Shown in pieces: positions 51,478 through 64,000 of a stretch of 64,000 bases of DNA. Every line of letters starts with the position of its first letter. Positions within the stretch are counted from its first letter, which is position 1. The stretch lies in contig JBITNC010000001.1 of assembly GCA_050084985.1 (NCBI GenBank), forward strand, positions 27,900,001 to 27,964,000, in the 5' to 3' direction. This DNA comes from Nageia nagi (taxonomy: Eukaryota > Plantae > Pinophyta). The position numbers and the translations under genes are program-made. The notes below the pieces were generated by a model. That model worked only from the letters and a program-made list of their open reading frames with translations, had not been told where the DNA came from and did not search any database.

Positions 51478-54400
51478 GTCTGATCCCCTCGCAAGTTTTG
51501 CCTACGGTATTTTTTCCACTTTGTTTAATGCATACTTGATGATGGTTTTTTTGTCAAACTTTATTTCATTTGATTTGATTGGTGTAGGGATGAGGTTTTG
51601 CTCCCTCCAGATTAGATCTGTCAAATTCATTTATGGATCTGATCGGTGTAGGGATGAGGTTTTGCTCCCGCCAGTGTAGAGGTCAGACTTTTTTGCATAT
51701 CTGATTTACTTTTGTATGGATTAGGAGTAGATTAGATGCTTTTTTACGGTGACATTTATATTTTGTCAGCTTTTAGATCCTACTTGCATAGTTTTATGTA
51801 AACAATATGATTTTGTATTGGTGTGAGTGTTGCATGTGTGCACACCATATCAGATTTGATTCCTTTAGGGAAACACTTCTAGTGGTCTATTTATACACCA
51901 TTCGGGCCGTTTAGAAGGGTATTTTGACACTAGAGATTTTTGCATTGAATCTTTGTATATAGGATATTCACATTGGAGGAATTATGCAATTTTTGCACTT
52001 GGACTAGTGCATGGTTTTTACACGTTGTATATGTGAGACTTTGTACTTAATGGAAATATTGCGTATTGAGGGAGGCTCTTATATCTTTGAGATTCTGGCT
52101 ATAAGTTTTTATATATGTAATAATTTTTGAGCCTTTTCATCCCTTAGTATTTGCATTCCATTGCATAGAGGTTCGCTGCATAAGGGGTTCTATGCATGTT
52201 CGTTATTGAATATCATCATGAATGTATTTCCATTGGAGGAATGCGATTATAAAGCTTATATTGTGAAGGATATCATTTGTGGGATTATGCATATTTGAAC
52301 GATTCTCTCTCCTTGAGTTGCATATTGAACATTGAATTGGATTGTTTGAGTTAATTTTGTGCATGATTTGCACGCAAGTGAATGTATTCTGAGGCCTATA
52401 GCTTGTCTTTATACCATTCGGTTAGGTTCTTGCTCTCACGTCCTCACCTCACTTATACCCTTCCATCGGGTCTTCCACCAAGACCCAAGAAAATCTTGCT
52501 CTCGTCTGGTAGTGATTTGAGCATATTTGCTATTTGCTACCCGACTTGATAGTGAGTGCATTGACCTTAATGAATATGAAGATGACCTGTTGAGACACTG
52601 CATTGCCGGTGATACCTTCATAAGCCATTTCTTTTCCTTGTATCTCTTTGCATTTATCCGTGTTTGTTCTTGCATTTGTGATCTTTCTTTGCTTTCATTC
52701 ACATTTGTAGTCTTTCCTTATCGAGGAAAGGACTTCCGGCGTTCTATTTCTCTTGTATACCATTAACAACATGCATCTTTGACTTTTGAGCCTTAAAGAC
52801 CATATTCCATGTGAGTGCTTTGGGTAACCAGTCCTTTCATGCGGAAACAAGTAACATTGTTTCCTCCAAGTCTTGTGCATGTTTTGGACTAGGGAAGAAA
52901 AACATACCAACAATGACATGATCAACAACAGCTTGTTGAAGCCACCATTGACGAGATTTATCACAACAAAAGGGAAGAAAACCGCAAGAGTCCACCTCCA
53001 GGGTCACTCGGTTTCCTCCCACAGTTGAAGGATTAGTTGAATAGTATGCATCAATGCATGGCAAGAATCCAGTGGAACAAGTAGTACATGAAGTTCGGGA
53101 CATCGTTGATGAGCATGACGTGAGAGGGTTGGAACGTGTGGTTATAAACAAGATGGTGAGGTGTGTCAGGAATAAAGAGAAGAATCCATCCCCCCCATCC
53201 AAATCACCTAGAGTAGAAGCTGCAGGGCCATCACTTGTTCCGCCATTTGGGTCCTAATCCTCTAGTCCTAGGTATGAACTCGATGACAGTTAAGAGGAAG
53301 GACAAGTAGGAGAATCAGAAGGTGAGCAAGAAGTGAATGCAACACAACGTGACAACATCTCGAGTACACAATAAGAAGACAAATCTTTAGAGATAGTGAA
53401 GGTAGTCCAAAATCTCGTTGCTTCAGAACCATCTACTGAGAAGGGTAAGGGACCAGCCTCAGACACAGTATAGAGAAGAGCACAGTTGAAGAGAACTTCT
53501 AAATCACAAACGATAGAGGCTTCTGAAGAACACAGTGAAGAAGAGGTAAGACTGAAAAGGGCCAGGTAAAGTACCACCATCGTTCAGGAAGTAGTTGTTG
53601 AGACTTATCAGCCATCACCTACAGATGAATGGGGGGTTAATATGGAAGAGTGTCTAGATGTATTTTACATGGATGTCGGGGAATAGTTTGGAGTGAAAGA
53701 AGAGAATGATCAGATTGGAGTAAGCTCCACTCCCCCGGGTAAGACCCAAACTTACGTGCATTTGGTCAAGAACGCGATTCACATCAAGACTATAATCGCA
53801 GACAAGGAGAATCCTCAACGACCTGAAGACCTTAAGCAGGTAAACTAGATCATGAACATAGGTCCTATTGGTTTGGTTGGTCGGAAACATGCGATCATAT
53901 CTAACACTAAGGCTATTAGCTATTACTAAAGATGGGATGATGAATGAAAATGAGATAAAAAGCCTCAAAAAGGAGTTGGTTGCACAAAAAAGATTGACTA
54001 AAGAGCTAGAGTTAGCTAAGGTACCCATAGAGGAGCTTCGAAAGATAAAACCCCTTAAGGAGGGTATAATTGTAGTAAAACAAGAGGTGATTGATGAGGT
54101 CTTGGTGGTGGTGCAACTGTTCATTGGTGCATTAAAGAGGGTCACACTTGAGGAACAAAAGTTAAAAGACATTGTGGTGGAGAGAGTCAGCCTTCTCAAA
54201 AACCTAGATTCCCGAAAGCCAATGATAATAAAATTTGAGATGACATAGGATCAAAGGCTTGAGGATGTGAAGTTTTGTGAGGATAATTGGTTCTACTTGG
54301 GTGTTGTCAATCAAATAGCTAGTCGTTTGTAGGAGGTGCAGAAGGAGGTCGACACACTTAACAACAAGGCCAACACCAGCCTTGAACAAATGGATGTCCA

Positions 54401-56123
54401 AGTTAAAGTTTATAGATGATGATGCCACCATCAGAGATAAGGACTTGGTAGTGGCAGAAGTTAGACACTTCCTTCACAACTTGATTATGATCAATGACAT
54501 CAACACCTATTAGACTGGAAGTCACCTGAGATACTTGTTGAAAGCTCATGCTTGGAAAAACGACATGCAAAGGATGATTGAAGGGGTTGGACGTTGTGTT
54601 GCTGGGAATGAGCCAAAGTTGTTAGAGATGTTGCGTGGATTGGAACTCATGGCCAAATTCTTGGACAACGATTTCGAGGGATGCATTGAGGCTTTGGGCC
54701 CACATTCATCTTAGTCACAATTTACGTAGTTTGTTGTTTTAATTCCAAGAAAAGACACTTATTTTGATAAAATACTTTTACTATATTGGTTATTTAATTC
54801 CCAAGCTTGTGATGGATGAGGATTTGCTCCCACAAGCTTGGAAAACATTTTGTAATGCCATTTGGCAATTTGTGGTTTGTCCGTTTGTATTTTCTCACAT
54901 TTTGAAATCAGGGTTAGGGCAACATTTAGGGTTGCCGGAAGAACTATTTATAGCCCATTTGGGCTCATTTGTAAGGGATGAGACATTCTTGCAAATTGAA
55001 CAACTTACTTAATACTTTCAAGCTTGCAAGTTTTCTCAATTTGTGAATGTGATATACTATAAGTAATTGAATTTTGAATGCTCTCATTTGAAATTATGAA
55101 TGTTAATGGATGTTACTTTCTTATGCTGTCTTGAATAATTGGTGCATTTGGTTTAGGTTGGACAAAAGAGTGCTTGAACATTCTGAGAAGTACCTCAAGT
55201 AACGCATGGTTATGTAATGATTCATATTTTGCACTTAGGACTTGTACACTTTAAGATGGCTTCTATATGTCGCTTAGTAGAGGAACTTCACTCCCTTGAT
55301 CAAAGTCTACCCACGTTTCACCGCTTTTACCTCCATTGCCTTAGCTTCAAGCTTCTCTTGGTACGTCATTCGTGTTGTTACCCAGCAAGCTGGATTCAGA
55401 GTACGTGGAACCCATGACAAGCCCGTGAGAGTTAAATCTTAAAACCTATACCAGTCGGTGAGAACATTGAACTCAAGCGCTGAATTCATATATCATTGTC
55501 TTCCCAACCTTTTTCTTTTATTTTTTATTTTTTTTGCACGGCTTTCGCAAGCACATCTTCCTTTTTCTTTTGAGAAACCACAATTTTTTGGAGATAGGGA
55601 CCCTTCGTGTCCTTGGTTAACAAATAATATTTGAGTTGGAAATGGCTTGAAACATGTCAACCGGTCACCTGAGCAACCTCTTTCATACCCATCACTAAAC
55701 CTTTGAGGTAACTAGTCCTCATAGCAGGTAGGGGTCACGCCTTATTAGTCAGGTGTTGGTGTCTTTCCATAGGCCTTGCAAATTCATTTGCCTATTAGCA
55801 AGGTAGGAAAGAGAAAGCCCCCAATAATACTGACTATTGATAGTTATGGTGAAAAGCAGAATGATAAGTTCCTCTTGATTAGATACATAAGCTATATTGA
55901 AATTGGTTCGAAATCCTTTTTTTTTATGAGCGCACCAAACACATTGAGATACATGTGCACCTTATTCAGGATCATGTTTCACTACACAACATTCAGCTCC
56001 GGTTGATTTCCACAAAAGACAAAATTGCATATGTCTTCATCAAATCTCTAGATTGTGGAAAGCTTGAATACTTTTGGAGCTTCCTCTCTTGTTCTTTGAG
56101 GAACTAATTTATTGTGAGGGGAA

Positions 56124-56349
56124 TGTTAGGATAAATAATACATTAGATATTAGATACTTTAGGTATCTAGAATATGATAGATATTTAAATAAATACTATA
56201 ATATTATTATTAATGTTAAATAAACATTAGGGTTTGTGGTAGTGTAATAATCCGTTACACTATGAGAATGTAAATCTCAAGACTCTTTGTATTTAAACCC
56301 TTTTGCTCATTAATGAAAAATACTCTCAGTTTTCTCAAACTTTCTCATA
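56124..56349 (+). repeat. 3' LTR of copia 2
   Basis: TGTTAGGATAAATAATACATTAG...TTTCTCATA, homologous to 28886-29176 and preceded by a PPT. Confidence 0.87.
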
Positions 56350-58472
56350 AATACTTGATATGGGATGTTGTTCCAGCTGATATTCCTTGTATGGACCTGA
56401 AAGTAGCCTCTCGTGGTGTTAGGTGTCCAAGATGGGCTTGGCACTAGAATGCCCATGATCTAGGATCAGGGTGCTAAGAATGCCCCCAATCTAGGACTTA
56501 GGGTTCAAAATGCTTGTGACTTTGGCTTGGAGGTATCCTAAAAGCTTTCTGGTGATGTGCTGTAGAGTTTTTGGAGTCTTTAGGGCAATTTTGAATAATA
56601 TCTACATCAAAAAATCGAGGAAAAGCAAAGAAGAGTGGTGATATTCATTGTGCACCAACATGATGATCAATATCCTGGAATGATGATGGCACAGAAGTAT
56701 GCTTTTAGGAGTTACATCTTAGTTCCTGATGGGAGGATAAGGGTATAGATATTTGCAAGTTACAAGTTGAAATCATAATGTTATTGCCGACCTCGATCTT
56801 TGCACAAAGAGAAATCCTAAATCATTGCACATTACATAAGATAAAAATGACCCCAGGTAGGTCTTAATTTGGCACTTTTTAAATAAACCATTTTAACACC
56901 TAAATAAACGCATTTTGATAAACACAATTGAATTTAGATGTCTACAGAACAATTCCTTTAATCTGTCAATACTTTCCTTTTTGTCATATCTATTTTCTGT
57001 GTTCAGTGTTTTTTTTTTTATATTTTCCTTTTATATTTTAAGTAATCTTCTTTCTATTTTTTACGGCTTCTGTTCTTTTAAAAGTCTCATTGGCCTACAT
57101 TAATTGCACATGAATGGTAATATATTCCACCTTTTTTGGTTTTGTTCCTTAAAGCATCTGCTATTCACTTTCATCCTATCTGCTGTCTCTAATGGTTACA
57201 CCATTTTGTCAGATTCTTTGTTTTTATAACTTGTTTCTTCTGTCACATCCACATCAAACTGTTTCCATTGTTTCCATGCTACCTTCTCAATTTAATTTGG
57301 CTGTTGTCCATCCTCAGTGGCTTAACCTTATTTACTGGATTGAAATTTTTGAAGTTTTTGCTGGTTATGTTGTTGGCTTCCAAGATTTTGCTGAGTTCTT
57401 TGATGAGGGACGAGTTTTTCGAAAGAATTAATATTTCAATGTTTTTTTATTCATGAGTTTTTGGCAATTTTTTAGCTGCATTTTTCCCAAGTTTGGTTTC
57501 TTTCCTATCCACATGCTTGTTAAGTCTGAGTTTAACTACTATAATATATAATTTGGGTTCATGAACCTGTGGAGAAATTGCTCTGATCAGAGATGCACTT
57601 GTAGAGGTTAATTAGGTACAGGTAGAACATGCACCCACCCAAGTCATACAGGATGAAAGGGGACACACTGGATTGGTTGATACTATTCAGAGCATGCATC
57701 CCAATAAGATTGCATAGGGAGATTTAACAGTGAAAAAGAAGGAAACAAACTTCTACTGCTAGCTGTGAACTTTTGATCCTTCCTGTGAACTTTGTAACCT
57801 AAACTGTACTAGTTAAAATCAAGATTGAGTTTATTGGTATTCAAGTACTTTCGTTTTATAATTTAATTTATCATTTACTTGTGGTATGCTTTTATTTATT
57901 ATTTATCAATAATTATTGAATGTTTATGAGACTGTCTATGATCATACTCTTTGATTGGCTCCTGATGTATTTGGTGCATCGTTTACATATTAACCTGAAT
58001 ATATGATTTCAGTTCAACTTTATTGTCCAAATGACCATGTGCTTCGACTTTCAAACTTTATGACAACATAGCCAAGAATTGGTGGTGTGTACCCTTTGTA
58101 ACCTTCAACCCTGTTTAACCCTGTAGTTGTACCCTTGCATTGGCCTAACCAACTTTAAAGGATCTGCACCAGACGCTTCATTTCTGCACCTTACTTACCT
58201 GCTCACTTCTGCACCCACATAAGGTTCATTCTCTCACATATATGCACACATCCTTTTGGAAGGGAAATTGATTCGCATGTTCAAGTGAAAAGTGTGCATT
58301 GGTCTTACTTCTATGATGCCAAACTTTTGAAATTGATTCGGATTTGAGACATCTTATGCCTTTATGCAACTACTCCAAAGGAACATTCATCAAGTGTTTA
58401 ATTTTTTTTCTTTCTTATTCATGTGTGTTTGTATATTTCGGTTGCCATTTATTTGGTTCTTTCGTTGTGTAG

Positions 58473-58682
58473 GTTGGAATGTCTATAGATCCAAAGTTAC
58501 TGCTTGCGAGGTTTCCAGTCATTTTAGGAACTTTGAGCCTTCTAATTGCTGGGAAGACTATTTTGGTTGCTTTAGTAGGGCGGCTTTTTGGGATATCAAC
58601 TATTGCTGCTATTCGAGCTGGTCTTCTTTTGGCACCGGGGGGTGAATTTGCATTTGTAGCATTTGGTGATGCTGTGAATCAG
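58473..58682 (+). CDS. KEA2: KEA1/KEA2 internal exon (VGMSIDPK...LLLAPGGEFAFVAFGDAVNQ), GC-AG donor
   Basis: tgtag acceptor, CAG|gcaagt donor, 210 nt. Continues FFMT|VGMSID across the 44-kb intron; contains the GGEFAFV motif. Confidence 0.94.
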
Positions 58683-59444
58683 GCAAGTATCAGGGACGAT
58701 AGTTGTTAACTGTTGCATGAACTTACTTTTATTGTGTGTACACAGAAATCTTTTGTAGAACAATAGCATCTATTTGTTAGAATGCCTTACTTATAATTAG
58801 ATTAGCTGCTAACTAACTAATAATGTACTTAATCAATTTAACAGTGAATAAAATTGCACTTGTGATATTAATTTTGATTCAACATTCTTTTCAATTCTTG
58901 AATATTAAAGCTGAGCTGCATTTAGAAGGCTTTGCTGATAGGAAATGCATTAAATATGCCAGTGACAGAAGGAAGTATTGAAGCAGCACAGACATGATGC
59001 TGACAATGGCATATGATATGCATAAATTCAGAGACACAGACATGTGTACCATGTTTGACATAAAGAAATCCTTTCCAAAACCAGGGCGCCTTTAATTCCA
59101 CAAAAGAAATGTATACGATACATAACAACAGATTTAAAGACTGTGAGCTTAGTCTTCCAGGCATCTGACCGATCATCTATAGCCTTAATTTGTGTCCACA
59201 ATTTCTCAAATCTCCTTAAATATTCCAAGAAGAACCCTATCATCTCACAAGCCTACATTTGTATTGTATATGATGGTTTAATGTTGGGTTGTTTGAGCTT
59301 TTATTTACCTTATTATGGTTACATTCTTTATACATCTAAAGTTTCTAAACAACAGTGGCGTATATTTATAGTGGTCTGAGTGTCTAAATACATAAAATTA
59401 CACTGACATTCTACAAGGAAAAATAACAAGAAAATACATTTATT

Positions 59445-60258
59445 TGAAATATCCTCAAATTAAAATATACAAACCCTAGCTGAAATATTATGAATCTATC
59501 CAATAAAAATTCTGATCTATGCAATTAAAATTCTGATCTATCAATTAACCCAAAAAATTACACCAAACCCACAAAATTGCATATAACTGACCATATAAAT
59601 TTTATTAAATTCTGTTGCAAGTACAAATGGATAGATCAGCCAAAACCCATCACAAATCAACCACCAAAATGCACAACAACAAAGCCCTAGGCTGGATGTC
59701 CTCCTCTAGGAGGTAAGGCACACAAAGACAACAAAAATCCCTCCAAGCACCACAGAAATATACCCAAAATTGGGCGACCTTCCTCTAGGGAAAATATTCT
59801 CTGAAATACACCGAAATAGGGTTCCAAACCCTCACACTGAAATACGAAACTGAAATACTCCAAGATCAATATGCTCCAATGCAAACCCTGGGTGGATTTG
59901 CTCTCTAACTCAACCAAGAACAAGGGCACATCTCCTTAGCTGCAATGGTTGACTACTTCTGAAGACTAGGGCAAATCTCCTAAATTTGCAGAAGGTAAGG
60001 GTTTAGCCCTCAACTCTTATACAACATCAAAGTACCAAATAACATCCACAAATGGGGTGCACCTTTCCTTATATAACATGAGCTTCTAATTCTTCATTAA
60101 AAGGGGCCCACTTTATTATTAACTTATCACACAAGTTTAAAATATAAAATAACTCTTACTAACACATAAAAAGTGCGTTCCATTTCTCCTAGTCTAATTT
60201 TACATTACATAACATAAGGATGAGTGGAGTCCACAAGACACAAAAAGGGGACATTACA
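59445..60258 (-). mobile_element. solo LTR (814 bp) related to the LTR of the PDS5-carrying element
   Basis: TGAAATATCC...GGGGACATTACA with TSD TTATT/TTCTT (4/5). Shares ataaaaattctgatcta and the same 5' terminus. Confidence 0.72.
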
Positions 60259-60699
60259 TTCTTACTATATCATACTGGAAACTATGTTGCCTTATGCTGT
60301 GGACGAGATGTCATATCTGTGAGTGTGATGGGAAATAGGATTAAGAGACATGATGGCTAGACATATTCATTGGCATGTATTAACTTTTCTAACTAGAGAT
60401 AACACCTTTAATTGGATATTGTAGTAGATCTTTCGCTCCTCTTGAAAATATTTTTAGTAGTGTCTTCAGGATTTGCAAGTTTACAGACCCTTTTTAACCT
60501 AACAAGACGTTGTGCCTGTAGGAACCTGTTTTCCTTAATTTTTCCTTACTAGGACCCTATTTTGTTTTTTATTTATCTCTTACTTCTACTTACAGTTTGC
60601 CAGTCCTGTGAATCAACTTTAGCCCTAGAATTAGATATGACTTGTTCTCAAGGTGACTTTTATTAGTATGAGGATTCTGAGGAGCGTTGGTGGCAGATT

Positions 60700-61400
60700 T
60701 GCATTTTCATTATTATAAAAAGGACAGCCCTATTCAAATGCAAGAAATAGCATTTTAGATCTTCAGCTCCTTCAAACTCTTACTTTGACTTTGTGCAGCC
60801 CCACCATTTCTAGATTGTTGGCTCCGAGAATAGTTTCAGCGTTGTATAGAAGTATAGGTTAAAATCTCTTAGTCGTCGGGCAGGGATTTATTTAGGGATG
60901 TCCATTCAAATCAAACTAGCATCTTAGAATGTTTTAGGAGCAAGTGGTTATTGTCAACAAGCTAATTTAAAAATTATGCCCAAGCAATTACACAAAGATG
61001 CAGTTCTTGTACAGAAAATGAAAGTCACAGTTTTTTTTTGTGTGTGTTAATGATTAGTTGGAATGGTCTTTTCATTCCTACAGGCAAAGGTGTATGCCTT
61101 GTTGGTTGGTCCTCACATTGTGCTTGGGTTACACTATTATATATTGGGAGAGTTTGAGGCTTCTATTGAGTTGATGCCTTCAATGATCCTGTTGGCAGAT
61201 GTAATCTTTGGCAATGGATGGCTCAGGACCTCCAAGTGTTGGAATTCCCTGTAGGATAAGATTTCAATATGGTATGGTGGGAAGGAGACTGGAGGCATGT
61301 TCTCTCTGACTGTCCAGATGAAAGATAATCTTAGAATGATTGCAAATGGAATACCTCTAATATAGCTTTGGGTCAAAAGATTTTAGATTCTTCTGGTTGG
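60700..61400 (+). mobile_element. possible decayed LINE (L1) 3' remnant
   Basis: RCSSCTENESHSFF near 61000 resembles the zf-RVT C..C...E..H motif. Boundaries are uncertain. Confidence 0.3.
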
Positions 61401-62228
61401 TAACTTGGTCCAAAAATCAAGCTGGATAGCAGTGTGTCGAAGCAAAGACGAGACAAGTTTAATGGTAGCATGATAAATTTAACTTTTCTCTTGAAGGGAA
61501 AACTGTCTGCAGTTGTAGATACTTCTGTGATCGGTTTATGATTGAGCAAGATTCAGAGGAAAAACCTCAAAACATATTCAATTTGAATATATGCTTGGAT
61601 AATGAGTGCCTGTTTCCATTGAGCATGTGTGGAAGCTAGTTGCCAACTCTATTGATGTTGAGGGCTAAATCTTATGACGGGAATGTGGAATTCAACAAGC
61701 TGTTTCCTGAGAAGTTGATGACAGATGGTTTACAGACCCAGAAGAGAGGGGGAACATGCTTGTTGTAATATCCAACAGGTTCTAGATGGAACTTGGAGAT
61801 AGATCTCTTTGATGAAGAAAAACAGTTATTAGCAATAACTTTGACAACTGAGCTTAGATGTTTTGAAGAATTCAGAGGGTTTTGGAATCAATGGTTGGTT
61901 GAATTGACTTCTAAATATGAAATTTTTGCTAATGTATTCGTTAAATTCTTAATGAAAAGACAAAAAGGTCAAAGTACTCTTATCTTTTTGCAATAGTCAT
62001 CTCTCTGAAGATGAATTAGAGGTGCACAATATTTTTCAATCTCCTTTTGAACATATTTTTAGTTCAATTAGTAAGGATCTCCTAAGGATGCATGCATAGA
62101 ACATCTCAGATGACGAGGAATCTTATAACATAACTCCCCACGACTATGGGCAAGGACTATTATATCAAAATGACATGGAATTATTGGCTAGGACTGTTAT
62201 AAGATGTTCTGAGGAAGAAAGAAATTAT

Positions 62229-64000
62229 ATTAATGTGCATTCAAAAACAGATACACATGGGAGATTGAAAAATGGGACATTACAATACACCCCTCCCAAA
62301 GATTGCTTTTCCTCAAGCAATCGAACACAAACAATCCGTTGTCAATAATAATACCAGCGTCCCAAACTAATCTTAAGAAACATGTATAGTGCCATTTGAA
62401 ATTAGTACCCAAACTGTCAAAAAATGCAGCCTTAACTCTGTTTACCACTGCCCCTGTTTAGTCTTCATTTAATGTGCCAAAATATGAAGAAAATGGCATA
62501 CATAACTGTTCCCACTCTGTTATATCATTAGCCCTTGAATTAGTTATTGATGTACAAGAAATACATTCAATTGGATCACAAATCATCATAACCTTATCAT
62601 CAAACGCTGTCTCATTGAATGCAATGGTCATAGCCTTTGAGGGCATCCAGTAAATATTCAATGCTTTTTCCTCTAACAATCCTCATGAATGTAGCCATAA
62701 TGTTCAATGGAGAATGCACCTCATTTACATTCAAATGTGGATCTAGAACAATCCTCAACGTTTGATTATTTTTTTACCAATACGTTAGTAACATTAACAT
62801 ACCGTAGAATGTGAGTAGGAAAGTCCTTGTACACAGGCTCCTGTAGTGCAACAATAGGAATATCTATCATCATAGAAGTATACTCATCCCATGCATCAGA
62901 AAAATTTGTAGCTAACACATTGTTTACTTCTGTGATTAGATCTTGCCCACAATAATTGTCAAAACATGAAGAGTATGGCTGTATATGAATCAAATTTCCA
63001 TCAGCCAACAAATCAGTTCCTAAAGATGTGAAAACAGTCCCAAGATTGAGAATAATAGTGGGTTTATGCATAACAGAAAATTTATCCTTATGTGCAGCCT
63101 TTGTATCAAGTTTTGTAGCTCCCTTTGTATCATCAAAAGGCAAATAATCACCTTCCAGATGCTTGTCACTGTTCACATTATTTAAACAGTACATCCTCTT
63201 TACATCATGATGTTCATATAGTTGTGTAGACAGTTCCTTACCTTCTGTCCCATAGCAATACTATTCATGTTTTTCTTTTTTAAAAACTCTTCCTTTTGAT
63301 AATCATCACTAAGGAATGCAACAATATTCTCTTTTCTTGCAACAGCCAATACATTATCAAATGCAATCCAAACTACCGAAATCATAGTCTCTTTAGTTGA
63401 AAGAAACTCAGCTCCATACAACGTGAAAGATACTGATAATGTCATTGTGTTTATAACAGCAGTAGGCCTGATCATCATTTCTCCAAATGCACAAACCTGT
63501 CCTCCCACAGTCCACATGAAGGTAGTCCTCCAAACGGTCTTCAATAAAAGCCAAACAGTCTTCAACAACAAGTAAGTTGCAACTTTGGACAGCAAACAAA
63601 GGTTAGTATCAACAAATGCTAAGGAGGAAACAATCCTCAATAGCGGAAAGGATACAGCCTTGGGCCACATACATGAAGAAGTCACAACACCTGGATCCCA
63701 AGGAGCTAAGAGCTGATTTGAGAGAGTATAGTGATTCTTACTATGAATTAATACATCATTCTTCAAAATCAAAGGGCTGCAACTATTTTTCATGCTGCTG
63801 TTTTAAGTATTTAGTTTGGTGATCCATCACATATTCCTTATTACTACAAAATGATTTGAAAACCTGAATATTTCCATCATGCTTTGCCATAACAAACTTG
63901 TTACCATCATTAGCTATGTCCTCAACAAGTGTAGGTGTACAAAATTCAAAAGAAACATTTTGGGTCTCTACTACACGTACCTCAAGTGGCGATGCATGAG
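62229..64000 (-). mobile_element. second member of the WDPG-scaffold non-autonomous LTR family (runs off the window)
   Basis: aaaaatgggacattaca-atacacccctcccaaagattgcttttcctcaagcaatcgaacacaa is nearly identical to 7553-7616. FLRLVWDAGI and HYTLSN..PWDPGV motifs are present. 63850-63985 is homologous to 10445-10590. Confidence 0.85.

Larger units (their letters stand above)
46742..52912 (+). mobile_element. giant ORF-bearing solo LTR (6171 bp) nested in 43687-55826
   Basis: TGTTGTGCTTGCACAACAC...CATACCAACA with TSD ATGCC/ATGAC. CTATAAAAAGG at ~47687. No PBS, PPT, pol or second LTR copy seen inside. Confidence 0.85.
43687..55826 (+). mobile_element. giant ORF-bearing solo LTR (~6 kb excluding the nested element) inserted in copia 2
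   Basis: Starts TGTGACTAAAACACAACA, ends GCCCCCAATA; degenerate TSD GTACG/ATACT. Copia RT sequence resumes after it. Holds accessory ORF copy B (~45346-46741 plus ~52918-54712). Confidence 0.78.
29177..56349 (+). mobile_element. Ty1/copia element 2, split by nested insertions (segments 29177-30238, ~36600-37670, 40438-41461, 42620-43686, ~55832-56349)
   Basis: Coding segments are collinear with copia 1 and rejoin at TSDs ATGTT and TTGAG and a degenerate GTAC site. PPT GAGGGGAA precedes the 3' LTR 56124-56349. Internal deletion in RNase H near 55890. Confidence 0.88.

Noticed and set aside
62458-63600. Possible histone H3 (KLDTKAAHK), ARF (FMWTVGGQ) and HSP70 C-terminal (AFDDKVMMICDPI) fragments in the second element's cargo
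   Set aside because: Matches are too short to assert without a search; they remain candidates only.

Overview
AT-rich plant nuclear DNA. The intron sizes and TE types point to a large-genome gymnosperm (inference). The window lies inside one plus-strand gene, a KEA1/KEA2-type plastid K+/H+ antiporter. Six internal coding exons are visible (1082-1150, 2725-2790, 3541-3630, 14075-14179, 14287-14415, 58473-58682; the last uses a GC donor). Two introns (10.4 kb and 44.1 kb) are packed with nested transposons: solo LTRs with target-site duplications (TSDs), a hAT transposase pseudogene, and a tandem pair of copia elements sharing a central LTR, the second interrupted by four primary and two secondary insertions. 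Two observations stand out. (1) A pol-less LTR element (6634-12576, minus) has one decayed ~1300-codon ORF in place of gag-pol. It starts with an intronless PDS5 N-terminal domain and contains in-frame HSP70 and probable FKBP fragments between two WDPG motifs. A second family member (62229-64000+) has the same scaffold but different cargo. (2) A group of Tat-like gypsy giant LTRs (3-6 kb) share terminal motifs. Three carry a homologous ~3 kb ORF inside the LTR, and three carry different arrays of palindromic repeats upstream of and around the promoter. All homologies are by-eye motif recognition; no database searches were run.
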